Shown here: positions 12,298-26,017 of the stretch, one piece after another | How positions within the stretch are numbered: position 1 is the first letter of the stretch | Layout of the letters: every line of letters starts with the position of its first letter | Source of the DNA: Eledone cirrhosa | Lineage: Eukaryota | Reading direction: 5' to 3' | Length of the DNA stretch: 64,000 bases | Assembly (NCBI GenBank): GCA_964016885.1 | Contig: OZ024744.1 | Location: 25,296,001 to 25,360,000 of the forward strand | Notes under the pieces: generated by a model | Databases searched by the model: none | What the model saw: only the letters and a program-made list of their open reading frames with translations | Told to the model about the DNA's origin: nothing | Made by a program: the position numbers and the translations under genes

Positions 12298-13365
12298 CCG
12301 CCAAATACCTGATCCATCGGAACTCACTTATCTCAAATAGTGTTAAGTTCAGTATTTTGTTAGTGGACCTGTTAAGGGTGATGAGAAATGTGTCCCGTAT
12401 ATGCGATCCAACAGGGTTAATGAGACACACGCAACAGTTAACCCACCATTCTCTGGTTATAACTGAAATGTCAGTATTAGGGTGTACAAATTCAAAACCC
12501 TTATGGAGAATGATATGAATAGCTTTGTCCGCTATATAGGAGTGAATCAATAGAAAGGAGTAGTGATAGGGAAGGTTAACTCATGGTATGACAGCCAAAA
12601 TACCAGAGTGTCATGTTTGTTGGTGGTACCGTTAGATTCGCACAAGCGTATCATTTTAGAAGAGCTTTAGAAAAACCAGGAGCAACCATGAAATCCCTGG
12701 TCACTAGTACATACCTGGTTAGAAAAAATATCCCTCTACTGATTGAAACTGTATAGTATGTAAGATAAACTCACAGATAAACTGTAAAAGTAGAAATCTA
12801 GTCTGTAGGATAAAATTCACAAAGGGACGATGCCGAAACAAGAAAATGACATAGGAGAGACAGCCTGTTGTATAAGAGAGAGATTAAAGGAACACTGACA
12901 AGAACTTGAAGAGAAAATATCATCAGTGCTATACAAATAGACCAAACTAAAAGACGGTAGTTCAATAGATAACATAGAAATAAAGATTATATCTTCACAA
13001 AGAACTGAGGTAACATTTAGACAAATTAGAGAGGCATCACACATAATAGAAGGTAGACATAGTCTGGATAGAAAACACGAGTGGAATAGCAACAACAGGC
13101 AACTTAACGATGGAAGGAAGAACGGGGGGGGGGCACAGACAGCAAAAGATACAAATTTACACACACACATAGACATGATAAACAAAAAACACGCACACAC
13201 ACAAAAAAGGGCGCTGGCAAATGAATAACGAACGATTACATCAAGTGAAAAGTATATGGTGTGTGTGTTTCTATCTTTTGGCAATATTGCCAACATGACC
13301 ATCTCCAAATATCAGTTTCAACACACCACTTCACTTGAAGAATTTTAAAGAATAAATACATAAAG
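12298..13365 (+). mobile_element. Decayed Penelope-like element, 3' part (thumb-linker-GIY-YIG plus 3' region)
   Basis: KYLIHRNS..., WYDSQKYQSVMFVG, NCKSRNLV and IGETA..I.ER..EH are colinear with the PLE at 61344-62045; many stops. Confidence 0.75.
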
Positions 13366-13389
13366 AATTATGTATGTAGGTATGTGTAG

Positions 13390-13486
<97 letters not shown>

Positions 13487-13561
13487 CATTTATACACAAT
13501 TGGAAACATACATACATGCATACATGCATAGATACATATATACTCCTACCCACCCACACAG

Positions 13562-13595
<34 letters not shown>

Positions 13596-13617
13596 ACACA
13601 CACACACACACACGCAC

Positions 13618-13661
<44 letters not shown>

Positions 13662-13872
13662 GTAAAAAGAAAACGGAAACAAGAAAGCAAACAATACCGT
13701 ACAATGAAGAAATATAACGCTTCATATAGAAGGAAGAGAGTGTACGTCTTTGACTCTAGCCCTTCATTGGGAGGTAGAATAAGAAATAAAGATGAAAAAG
13801 AAAGAGAGAAAATGTGAAGAGTAAGAATAAGCACGTGTATCCTCGGCTATATATATATATATATATATTATA

Positions 13873-14040
13873 TCAGGTTGACCTGAGCGCTAATGGTCAG
13901 GTCGTTGGCGTATAAAAGGGCAACCACACCAAGCTCGATTACTGAGGAGGGTGATTTCTGGAAACGCTACGGTGTGAAAAACTTTATACGTTAAAAAGCA
14001 GAGGAATTGAAGATCAACGGCCATCCAATAATATGTACAT
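13873..14040 (+). mobile_element. Possible short RTE-related SINE fragment
   Basis: GC-richer island in (TA)n with GGGCAACC...CTGAGGAGGGTGATTTCTG, resembling RTE 5'UTR motifs. Confidence 0.3.
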
Positions 14041-14062
14041 ATTTGTATGTTGTATATCATTA

Positions 14063-14367
14063 TCTATAAAAGGCAGATTGTTGTTGTGTGTGTGTGTGTG
14101 CATGTTCCATGTTTATACATTTGCACAATTTCAAACCGATTTGACTCAACGTCTGTAGGAATGTTGTAAGTGGTCTAACTTAGATCATCGACTATTTATT
14201 TAATTCAAACTCACCAATGATTACGGAAATAATCGATAAAACTTAATACATGACGCTTTACCCCTCTAATACAATCTTATTCCTTTCTCTACTCCCCTTA
14301 AAATTCGATAAAACTACATACATGCTTACAAACTTCCTTTAGGAACGCCGAAGAGAGAGAAGAGAGT

Positions 14368-14435
<68 letters not shown>

Positions 14436-15038
14436 ACGTTTGTTTTTTAGTGTGGAACGGTCAAACATTTACTTACTTCAATGACACAATGACAAAGAGA
14501 ACTTATTACATTTCATACGAAACAACAATTATTCAAAAGCAACAGATAAATTTATTCAACAACAAAAAAAATAGCGATAAATCTTTTTTAAAACATCTAT
14601 CAACGAACGTGGAAGAAAGAAGTATCAGTTCATTTACTATACACAATAATATCCTCTGTGAGGTCTCTAAACCTGCTAGAAACACCAGCTAACTCTCCCC
14701 CATATCACACCCCTCCCCACTGTCTTAAATTTAGAAAACACACATTAGACAACCATGCAGAACAACTCCATCGCAGCTCTGTTGTTCGGCTGGCATCGTC
14801 TACGCGCGTGTTGCGCAAGTACTGTGAAACAATAAATTTCAACACTTCTTTGCACCGAGATAATATCCATAGGCGAAACTACAATTGTCACTGCTGGCGC
14901 AGCTTCTGCTTCGGCAGTCCAGGTCTGCAATTCTTTCACCCAGTGCCTGGCAAACAAAAAAATGGTGCCATAAAATGGGTGGTGCAACCTAACTTTGGTA
15001 ACTTACTGACCCCGAGCAACGCCGGGCTTTAATGCTAG
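14063..15038 (+). mobile_element. Non-autonomous Helitron
   Basis: A|TC 5' end (TCTATAAAAGGCAG...), 3' hairpin CCCGAGCAACGCCGGG followed by CTAG|T; no TSD. Confidence 0.75.
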
Positions 15039-15042
15039 TATA

Positions 15043-15169
<127 letters not shown>

Positions 15170-15309
15170 ATGTGTGTGTGTGTGTGGATGTTTATATTTA
15201 TATGTGCCAAGACATGAAAATACACTGTTTGGTACCCAATTAGACCACCGGATGTGAGAGACCCTAGTTCTTGTTCGGTATCATTCTAGGACAAAGCATC
15301 TAAAACTTG

Positions 15310-15670
15310 TTTCCGCCACGCCCCCTCGCGGCCACATAATACCCTCAGCGCCGCCACCCTTATTTCCAGAGAGACGTCCCTACACACAAATTGTAAATAA
15401 TATATATTAAATAAAATCTTTAATTTATATATAATAATATAATATACTTTTATTTTACTATATTTATATATAATAAGTATCATTTGCTATTTAATATACT
15501 ATTATATCATATGTATACAATACTATAGTAATATTTACGTGCATGGGCAGAATGACACAGAGTTTCCGTTCTTCCTAACGCCCCTTTTTTCTCTACCACC
15601 CCCACCGCTCTATTAGGCCTCCACGCCCCCTGGACCTTCTCAAAGCCCGCCCGGTTGTGACTTGGTGGCA
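15310..15670 (+). promoter_or_regulatory. Candidate promoter with GC-box/KLF-like motifs upstream of a candidate first exon
   Basis: CCACGCCCCC occurs twice, plus GCCCGCCC and CGCCGCC, in otherwise AT-rich DNA. Confidence 0.3.
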
Positions 15671-15674
15671 GGCA

Positions 15675-15801
15675 ATGATGTTGACTTGTCCTTGTTTTCA
15701 GATACATTTCACCGTTGTTCCGACGGTAGGATTGGTTCTCGCATCACTTTATCCCAGCGACATTTACGCTGCAGGATATGCAGAGAGGAATCTAATTTCT
15801 T
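15675..15801 (+). CDS. Candidate coding exon 1 of an unknown, possibly secreted protein
   Basis: GCAATG start; MMLTCPCFQIHFTVVPTVGLVLASLYPSDIYAAGYAERNLIS plus 1 nt; donor GTAAGA at 15802; hydrophobic N-terminus. An alternative acceptor TTGTTTTCAG lies at 15701. Confidence 0.45.
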
Positions 15802-16029
15802 GTAAGAACTAAACAGTCATATTCGTGCCACATACATATGAGGGTTATTCTTGGAGCCGATATGCACCTAATATATATATATATATAATTAAAAGTTTAA
15901 CAAGGTTCAATGAATTTATCAATGAATAAAGTTTCACAATAGAATATAAGCACTCTACTGAGAGGTTTTCTGGAGTTATTAATATTACTTCAAAATATTA
16001 ATAAATATAGACATTCATGTGATCAAATA

Positions 16030-16095
16030 TATTTTATTATACATATTTCAGAGATACTGCGCAATTTCAACAGTACGTCCTCATCAGATAAAATA
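16030..16095 (-). ncRNA. Hammerhead ribozyme (left arm)
   Basis: Minus strand reads TATTTTAT CTGATGA GGACGTACTG..CAGTATCTCT GAAA TATGTATA ATAAAATA. Confidence 0.75.
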
Positions 16096-16179
16096 AGTTG
16101 ATGCCTGACATACCTTAACTATGTATGCCATGACTAAATTATCACCATCAACATAGTCAAGGTATGTCAGGCATCAACT

Positions 16180-16245
16180 TATTTTATCTGATGAGGACGT
16201 ACTGTTGAAATAGCTCAGTATCTCTGAAATATGTATAATAAAATA
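16180..16245 (+). ncRNA. Hammerhead ribozyme (right arm)
   Basis: Stem I TATTTTAT/ATAAAATA, CTGATGA at 16188, stem II TACTG/CAGTA, GAAA at 16226, near-palindromic ATATGTAT stem III, AUA site. Confidence 0.75.
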
Positions 16246-16287
16246 TATTTGATCACATGAATGTCTATATTTCTTAATATTTTGAAG

Positions 16288-16333
<46 letters not shown>

Positions 16334-16416
16334 ATAATAATAAAATTGAAGACTAAAATCCAAAGAGGGCTCGATAAGGAAAATATATATCAAATATATA
16401 AGAACCGTAGAGCAAA

Positions 16417-16522
16417 TATTTATTAAAATAACAGATTAAAGTTTAAGCAAAGAATCGCTGCTTTCACCCTGAAGGGTGAAAGCAGCGATTCTTTGCTTAA
16501 ACTTTATCTGTTATTTTAATAA

Positions 16523-16525
<3 letters not shown>
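16417..16525. repeat. Near-perfect hairpin, about 52-bp arms, 4-nt loop
   Basis: ...AGAATCGCTGCTTTCACCC-TGAA-GGGTGAAAGCAGCGATTCT... Confidence 0.92.
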
Positions 16526-16557
<32 letters not shown>

Positions 16558-16559
<2 letters not shown>

Positions 16560-16735
16560 GCAAAATGTTGGTACCCTTGAAATATATATAATAGAATAAA
16601 TATGGTTTTATAATTATAATTTCCATTTATTTCATATCATTGTATATTATACTCCAGAAATTCTGTCGTGTGCTCTGAATCAGTTATACATATTTATATT
16701 TGTTGAATTTCTAACAAATTAAATATCCCTTCTAC

Positions 16736-16737
<2 letters not shown>
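16558..16737 (+). mobile_element. Truncated copy of the hammerhead/pLTR family (3' half of ribozyme plus tail)
   Basis: TTGGTACCCTTGAAATATATATAATAGAATA...ATACTCCAGAAA.. aligns with 31270-31435. Confidence 0.75.
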
Positions 16738-16766
<29 letters not shown>

Positions 16767-17148
16767 GTGCTTCCCACCACATATTTACACCCTCAGCCTC
16801 CTGATTCCTCTCTCCCCACCCCCCTATCCACACACGCACAGACCCTCCGACCCACAAAAACACCCCACACACACACCTTCCTGAACATGCAACCCCGTTC
16901 TTCCCCCAACCCTCACTTTCACCTACACACACACACACACACACACGCACACCTAACCACACACACCACCTTCAGCCCTCCCCGCTCGGAGACCCCGTCT
17001 CCCTCTCCCCACTCTACCCGCCACCACCCCTACTCACCCTAATTTTAATGTTTTACCTATACCTCTAGTAGCTTATATTCTTCTCACGCTGGTGGTTCGA
17101 AATTCCTGTAATGAAAAACACACTCTCCTGTGACTTTCCCCTCTATAT

Positions 17149-17359
<211 letters not shown>

Positions 17360-18028
17360 TATTCTAAGGCGGGTAAAATTCCCGAGATCCATGGATGAGT
17401 TCTCTCCAGCGGTCTCTGTCCCTCATTATCGCTGCCATGTCCTGCGTCTCCAATAGACCGGTGTCTGTCCTTAGGGCATCAACATACGTTAACCTTGGTC
17501 TTCCTCTACTAGTGTGCCCATGTAGGGGCTCCCAAAGGAGCATTGAGTGCAATGTCAACTCTGGATGTCGGTGAGCATGTCCAGCTAACCTCAGTCTCCT
17601 CTGTGTCATTTTTGAGCTGACTTTTGGGATGCTCCCATACAGCTCTGAGTTTTTCATCCTCAGTGTATACTGAATAATGTTCAGAGCCATCCTCAGCATT
17701 CTCGTGATGCACCCATCCACTATCTGAGTGAGTTTCTTGGTCAGTGTCCAAGTCTCAGACCCATACAGCAGCACAGACTCCACTACAGCAATGAAGAGGC
17801 GGACTTTCAGGTCTGTGGATTCTGTGGACCGTTACTGCCTGATGAAGTTCTTACAGGCTTATGGAATCCCCAAGAAGATAGTGGACCTGATATCACTGCT
17901 CTACACCAACACCAAAGCCCAAGTCATTACACCTGATGGGATGACATAGTTCTTTGAGATACTGGCTGGAGTGCCCCAGGGAGATACATTGGCTCCCTAC
18001 CTTTTTATCATCGTAGTGGACTATTGTA
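17360..18028. mobile_element. RTE-clade LINE fragment with internal inversion
   Basis: 17364-17830 (-) encodes ESVLLYGSETW...LRLAGH...RGRP. 17830-18028 (+) encodes the upstream RT part AYGIP.K...GVPQGDTLAPYLFII. Confidence 0.85.
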
Positions 18029-18183
18029 AATATATATTTTGAAATGCGCATAATAAAATACATGGAACTCTTTTAAACATCTTTTGATCTTATATATTAT
18101 GTATACTCCAGTCCTACAAACTGTAGAGTGCTTCTTATCCGATATCTGCATTGCTTTATTGTACTACAATAAAACTCACCTCC

Positions 18184-18260
<77 letters not shown>

Positions 18261-18392
18261 GAAGGTCATGCTTCCAATAAAAACAAACGCCCCTGTTAGA
18301 GTTCTCGCCAGTGTTCATTTACCCTTTCTCCTATGCTACGGGCTGTTTCACCTATGTATGTTATATTCTTATTCCTACACTGTCCACGCAAA

Positions 18393-18600
18393 GGGCGGTG
18401 GATTGGCAAACGGCGGTGTATTGGCAGTATCGGTAGAAGGTCGGACGCCATGCTTTGACGCATAGAGTTACGGCCCTTGCCATTCTGAGTTCAAATCCCG
18501 CCGAGGTTAACTTTGCCTTTCATCCTTACGGGGTCGATAAAATAAAGTACCAGTAATACACTGGTTGATTGCTGACCTTGTGCCAAAAGTAGAAACAATT
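18393..18600 (+). mobile_element. Nin/Deu-domain tRNA SINE
   Basis: Same family as 6763-6944. Confidence 0.9.
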
Positions 18601-18889
18601 CTATATATACTACGTTGCTAGTGTTGCAGTCAGTTTACGGGCTTAGCTGGCAGACTATGCATTTCCTATCAGTGCACTTTTGAAACGGATATGTTTTACG
18701 AATTAGGGTTTTTATGGTAATAACTGGTCTTTCAACTATCTTGAGCTCGTTTAGGGCCCCTATAAATCTGTAAGCTAGTTCGCCTCTAGGGGTTGTATTG
18801 ACGAACATTACACTCTGGTATTTATTGTTATCACACCATCAGTTTATTTTATTTGCCTTATTCCTAATCCTTTTTATTTTATTCCAAAT

Positions 18890-21800
18890 AGTGTCAGTGG
18901 TGGTGGTGGTATAGGTGGTAGTGGTAGTGGTGGTGGTGGTGGTATAGGTGGTAGTGGTGGTGGTGGTGGTATAGGTGGTAGTGGTAGTGGTGGTGGTGGT
19001 GGTATAGGTGGTAGTGGTAGTGGTGGTGGTGGTGGTATAGGTGGTAGTGGTAGTGGTGGTGGTGGTGGTATAGGTGGTAGTGGTAGTGGTGGTGGTGGTG
19101 GTATAGGTGGTCGTGGTAGTGGTGGTGGTGGTGGTATAGGTGGTAGTGGTAGTGGTGGTGGTGGTGGTATAGGTGGTAGTGGTAGTGTCAGTGGTGGTGG
19201 TATAGGTGGTCGTGGTAGTGGTGGTGGTGGTGGTATAGGTGGTAGTGGTAGTGGTGGTGGTGGTGGTATAGGTGGTAGTGGTAGTGTCAGTGGTGGTGGT
19301 ATAGGTGGTAGTGGTAGTGGTGGTGGTGGTGGTATAGGTGGTAGTGGTAGTTTCAGTGGTGGTGGTATAGGTGGTAGTGTCAGTGGTGGTGGTGGTGGTG
19401 TAGGTGGTAGTGGTAGTGGTGGTGGTGGTATAGGTGGTAGTGTCAGTGGTGGTGGTGGTGGTGTAGGTGGTAGTGGTAGTGGTGGTGGTGGTGGTATAGG
19501 TGGTAGTGGTAGTGGTGGTGGTGGTGGTATAGGTGGTAGTGGTAGTGGTGGTGGTGGTGGCATAGGTGGTAGTGGTAGTGGTGGTGGTGGTATAGGTGGT
19601 AGTGGTAGTGGTGGTGGTGGTGGTATAGGTGGTAGTGGTAGTGTCAGTGGTGGTGGTATAGGTGGTAGTGTCAGTGGTGGTGGTGGTGGTGTAGGTGGTA
19701 GTGGTAGTGGTGGTGGTGGTATAGGTGGTAGTGTCAGTGGTGGTGGTGGTGGTGTAGGTGGTAGTGGTAGTGTCAGTGGTGGTGGTGATGGTGTAGGTGG
19801 TAGTGGTAGTGTCAGTGGTGGTGGTGGTGGTGTAGGTGGTAGTGGTAGTGGTGGTGGTGGTGGTATAGGTGGTAGTGTCAGTGGTGGTGGTGGTGGTGTT
19901 GTAGGTGGTAATGGTAGTGACAATGGTGGTGGTGGTGTAGGTCGTAGTGGTAGTGTCAGTGGTGGTGGTGGTGGTGTAGGTGGTAGTGGTAGTGGTGGTG
20001 GTGGTGGTGGTGGTGTAGGTGGTAGTGGTTGTGTCAGTGGTGGTGGTGGTGGTGTAGGTGGTAGTGTTAGTGGTGGTGGTGTAGGTGGTAGTGGTAGTGT
20101 CAGTGGTGGTGGTGGTAGTGGTGTAGGTGGTAGTGGTAGTGTCAGTGGTGATGGTGGTGGTGTAGGTGGTAGTGGTAGTGGTGGTGGTGGTGGTATAGGT
20201 GGTAGTGTCAGTGGTGGTGGTGGTGGTGGAGTAGGTGGTAGTGGTAGTGTTAGTGGTGGTGGTGGTGTAGGTGGTAGTGGTAGTGTCAGTGGTGATGGTG
20301 GTGGTGTAGGTGGTAGTGGTAGTGGTGATGGTGCTGGTGTAGGTGGTAGTGGTAGTGGTGGTGGTGGTGGTGGTGTAGGTGGTAGTGGTAGTGTCAGTGG
20401 TGATGGTGGTGGTGTAGGTGGTAGTGTCAGTGGTGGTGGTGGTGGTGTAGGTGGTAGTGGTAGTGTCAGTGGTGGTGGTGGTGGTGGTGTAGGTGGTAGT
20501 GGTAGTGGTGGTGGTGGTGGTGTAGGTGGTAGTGGTAGTGTCAGTGGTGGTGGTGTAGGTGGTAGTGGTAGTGTCAGTGGTGGTGGTGGTGGTGTAGGTG
20601 GTAGTGGTAGTGGTGATGGTGGTGGTGTAGGTGGTAGTGGTAGTGTCAGTGGTGATGGTGGTGGTGTAGGTGGTAGTGGTAGTGGTGATGGTGGTGGTGT
20701 AGGTGGTAGTGGTAGTGGTGGTGGTGGTGGTGTAGGTGGTAGTGGTAGTGTCAGTGGTGATGGTGGTGGTGTAGGTGGTAGTGGTAGTGGTGATGGTGGT
20801 GGTGTAGGTGGTAGTGGTAGTGGTGGTGGTGGTGGTGTAGGTGGTAGTGGTAGTGTCAGTGGTGATGGTGGTGGTGTAGGTGGTAGTGGTAGTGGTGATG
20901 GTGGTGGTGTAGCTGGTAGTGGTAGTGTCAGTGGTGATGGTGGTGGTGTAGGTGGTAGTGGTAGTGGTGATGGTGGTGGTGTAGGTGGTAGTGGTAGTGG
21001 TGGTGGTGGTGGTGGTGTAGGTGGTAGTGGTAGTGTCAGTGGTGGTGGTGTAGGTGGTAGTGTCAGTGGTGGTGGTGGTGGTGTAGGTGGTAGTGGTAGT
21101 GTCAGTGGTGGTGGTGGTGGTGTAGGTGGTAGTGGTAGTGGTGGTGGTGGTGGTGTAGGTGGTAGTGGTAGTGTCAGTGGTGGTGGTGGTGGTGTAGGTG
21201 GTAGTGGTAGTGGTGATGGTGGTGGTGTAGGTGGTAGTGGTAGTGTCAGTGGTGATGGTGGTGGTGTAGGTGGTAGTGGTAGTGTCAGTGGTGGTGGTGG
21301 TGGTGTAGGTGGTAGTGGTAGTGTCAGTGGTGATGGTGGTGGTGTAGGTGGTAGTGGTAGTGGTGGTGGTGGTGGTGTAGGTGGTAGTGGTAGTGTCAGT
21401 GGTGATGGTGGTGGTGTAGGTGGTAGTGGTAGTGGTGATGGTGGTGGTGTAGGTGGTAGTGGTAGTGGTGGTGGTGGTGGTGGTGTAGGTGGTAGTGGTA
21501 GTGTCAGTGGTGGTGGTGTAGGTGGTAGTGTCAGTGGTGGTGGTGGTGGTGTAGGTGGTAGTGGTAGTGTCAGTGGTGGTGGTGGTGGTGTAGGTGGTAG
21601 TGGTAGTGGTGGTGGTGGTGGTGTAGGTGGTAGTGGTAGTGTCAGTGGTGATGGTGGTGGTGTAGGTGGTAGTGGTAGTGGTGGTGGTGGTGGTGTAGGT
21701 GGTAGTGGTAGTGTCAGTGGTGATGGTGGTGGTGTAGGTGGTAGTGGTAGTGGTGATGGTGGTGGTGTAGGTGGTAGTGGTAGTGGTGGTGGTGGTGTAG

Positions 21801-23401
21801 GTGGTAGTGGTAGTGTCAGTGGTGATGGTGGTGGTGTAGGTGGTAGTGGTAGTGGTGATGGTGGTGGTGTAGGTGGTAGTGGTAGTGTCAGTGGTGATGG
21901 TGGTGGTGTAGGTGGTAGTGGTAGTGTCAGTGGTGGTGGTGGTGGTGTAGGTGGTAGTGGTAGTGTCAGTGGTGATGGTGGTGGTGTAGGTGGTAGTGGT
22001 AGTGGTGGCGGTGGTGGTGTAGGTGGTAGTGGTAGTGGTGGTGGTGGTGGTGTAGGTGGTAGTGGTAGTGTCAGTGGTGATGGTGGTGGTGTAGGTGGTA
22101 GTGTCAGTGGTGATGGTGGTGGTGTAGGTGGTAGTGGTAGTGGTGATGGTGGTGGTGTAGGTGGTAGTGGTAGTGGTGGTGGTGGTGGTGTATGTCGTAG
22201 TGGTAGTGTCAGTGGTGATGGTGGTGGTGTAGGTGGTAGTGGTAGTGGTGATGGTGGTGGTGTAGGTGGTAGTGGTAGTGTCAGTGGTGATGGTGGTGTA
22301 GGTGGTAGTGGTAGTGGTGATGGTGGTGGTGTAGGTGGTAGTGGTAGTGTCAGTGGTGATGGTGGTGTAGGTGGTAGTGGTAGTGGTGATGGTGGTGGTG
22401 TAGGTGGTAGTGGTAGTGTCAGTGGTGGTGGTGGTGTAGGTGGTAGTGGTAGTGGTGATGGTGGTGGTGTAGGTGGTAGTGGTAGTGGTGGTGGTGGTGG
22501 TGTAGGTGGTAGTGGTAGTGGTGATGGTGGTGGTGTAGGTGGTAGTGGTAGTGGTGATGGTGGTGGTGTAGGTGGTAGTGGTAGTGGTGATGGTGGTGGT
22601 GTAGGTGGTAGTGGTAGTGGTGGTGGTGGTGGTGTAGGTGGTAGTGGTAGTGGTGATGGTGGTGGTGTAGGTGGTAGTGGTAGTGGTGATGGTGGTGGTG
22701 TAGGTGGTAGTGGTAGTGTCAGTGGTGATGGTGGTGGTGTAGGTGGTAGTGGTAGTGGTGGTGGTGGTGGTGTATGTGGTAGTGGTAGTGGTGGTGGTGG
22801 TATAGGTGGTAGTGGTAGTGGTGGTGGTGGTGGTGTAGGTGGTAGTGGTAGTGGTGATGGTGGTGGTGTAGGTGGTAGTGGTAGTGGTGATGGTGGTGGT
22901 GTAGGTGGTAGTGGTAGTGTCAGTGGTGATGGTGGTGGTGTAGGTGGTAGTGGTAGTGGTGGTGGTGGTGGTGTATGTGGTAGTGGTAGTGGTAGTGGTG
23001 GTGGTGGTGGTGTATGTCGTAGTGGTAGTGTCAGTGGTGATGGTGGTGGTGTAGGTGGTAGTGGTAGTGTCAGTGGTGATGGTGGTGGTGTAGGTGGTAG
23101 TGGTAGTGGTGATGGTGGTGGTGTAGGTGGTAGTGGTAGTGGTGGTGGTGGTGGTGTATGTGGTAGTGGTAGTGGTGGTGGTGGTATAGGTGGTAGTGTC
23201 AGTGGTGGTGGTGGTGGTGTAGGTGGTAGTGGTAGTGTCAGTGGTGGTGGTGATGGTGTAGGTGGTAGTGGTAGTGTCAGTGGTGGTGGTGGTGGTGTAG
23301 GTGGTAGTGGTAGTGTCAGTGGTGGTGGTGGTGGTGTAGGTGGTAGTGGTAGTGTCAGTGGTGGTGGTGGTGGTGTAGGTGGTAGTGGTAGTGGTGGTGG
23401 C
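18890..23401. repeat. (GGT)n-based compound minisatellite, 4.5 kb
   Basis: Variable units such as GGTGTAGGTGGTAGTGGTAGT(GTCAGT)GGTG(A/G)TGGT; triplet register is never broken. Confidence 0.97.
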
Positions 23402-23697
23402 GCTATTTTTGCTGGTTTTGTAGCCATTTCATCATTATCAGAAACATGTATAACGGAATTTTTGTATGTAAATATTGATACTGGTCTTATTGGAGTACAT
23501 GTTTAGAGACACACACACATACACATTCACACATACACACATACGCATACACATACACACCACAAACACACACATATACACACACACACGCATACACCAC
23601 ACAAACATATCTATCTATCTATATATATATAGAGAGAGAGAGAGATTTTGAGTATATGTTGGTTGTATACCAACACCTCAGTATGCAGGCTGGAGCA

Positions 23698-23770
<73 letters not shown>

Positions 23771-23855
23771 TGCAACACTGTTTCTTTGTTCCCTAATTAT
23801 TATTATTAATATTATTTTATATATATATATGTGTGTGTATAGTCATATATATATG

Positions 23856-23988
<133 letters not shown>

Positions 23989-24331
23989 GTACGTATGTAT
24001 TCACATACATATCTACTGCGGCACAGTGTACGTATACAATATCGTATGTTTGTTGTGTATATACTATATTCATATATTTATGTATATAACGGATATAATT
24101 AATACTTCAACATATATTTACATAAAAAGTAAATAAACAGATAACCATATATTTAAGTGCTTCTTATTAATTCATTTATATGTATATAACACACACAAAT
24201 TATATACATATTTATACACACATGTATAACATGTATTATATACATATTTATGCATACACACGCACACACATATATATAGGTGTGTGTGTGTTATGTATAC
24301 ATATTTGTGTTTATGGATGTATATGTATGTC

Positions 24332-24383
<52 letters not shown>

Positions 24384-24623
24384 CCGACATACATGTACAT
24401 CCATAAAGATAAATATGCATATATTCAAGCACATATAATGCATACATACATACATATATACATACATACATATACATACATATATACATACATACATATA
24501 CATATACATACATATATACACATATTTTAATTATTTATGTGTGCGTATTACGTGTATGAAAATATATATATACTTATTTATTGGGACAAAAAGAGATAAA
24601 TTAGAAGCAAATGAGAACAGGAG

Positions 24624-24709
<86 letters not shown>

Positions 24710-24917
24710 AGGGAGAGAGAGAGAGAGAAATAAGAGTGGACGAGTTTGTAAAAATAAGAGGGAGAGTGGAGGGGTGAGAGAAAGAGATGGAGAGAAAGTG
24801 TGAGAAAATGAGAGGGAGAATAAGAGAGAGATATTGAAAGGGAAAGAATAAAAATGGTGGAAAGGAGAGTTTATTTTCAATTTCTTACGTTACAAGGCCC
24901 TGGATACAACGAAGTTG

Positions 24918-25811
24918 ATACATATATACATACATACATACATACGTACATATATACATACATATATACATACATACATATATATATATACATATATATA
25001 TATACATACATACATACATACATACATACAAGCATACATACATACATACATACATACATACATACATACATACATACATACATACATACATTCATATATA
25101 TATATACATATATATATACATACATACATACATGCATACATATATACATACATGCATACATGCATGCATACATACATGTATATATATATATACATACATA
25201 TATACATAAATACATATATGCATACATATATACATACATAAATACATACATATATACATAAATACATATTACATAAATACATACATACATATATACATAC
25301 ATAGATACATACATATATACATACATACATAGATGCATACATACATACATATATACATACATATACATACATATATACATACATATACATACATATATAT
25401 ATACATACATATATAAATAAATACATACATATATACATACATAGATAGATACATACATATATACATACATACATAGATGCATACATACATACATATATAC
25501 ATACATATACATACATACATATATACATACATACATACATAAATACATACATATATACATACATACATATATACATAAATACATACATATATACATACAT
25601 AGATAGATACATACATATATACATACATAAATACATACATGCATACATACATATATAAACACATATATATACATAAATACATATATACATACATACATAC
25701 ATACATAGATTTATACATACATACATACATATATACATACATATATATACATACATACATATATACATACATACATACATATATACATACATATATATGT
25801 ACATACATACA

Positions 25812-25845
<34 letters not shown>

Positions 25846-26017
25846 CATACATATATATACATAAATACATAAATGCATACATACATACATATATACATAC
25901 ATATATACATACATACATACATACATACATACATACATACATACATACATACATAACATACATAAATACATACATACATACATATATACATACATAGATA
26001 CATACATAAATACATAA
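24918..26017. repeat. Degenerate (TACA)n/(TA)n microsatellite
   Basis: Direct reading; similar tracts at 27550-28780, 38680-39250 and 60011-60255. Confidence 0.95.

Larger units (their letters stand above)
15982..16293. mobile_element. Fold-back element (about 143-bp arms) with a hammerhead in each arm; probable PLE pLTR derivative
   Basis: Arms 15982-16124 and 16151-16293 with a few substitutions; ends in (TA)n. Confidence 0.9.

Noticed and set aside
7560-12312. Gly/Cys-rich (keratin-associated-like), poly-Val and poly-Thr ORFs
   Set aside because: GT-rich triplet array with repeated register shifts and no non-repetitive coding context.
18393-18500. tRNA gene
   Set aside because: A/B-box head of a multi-copy SINE; no cloverleaf or terminator.
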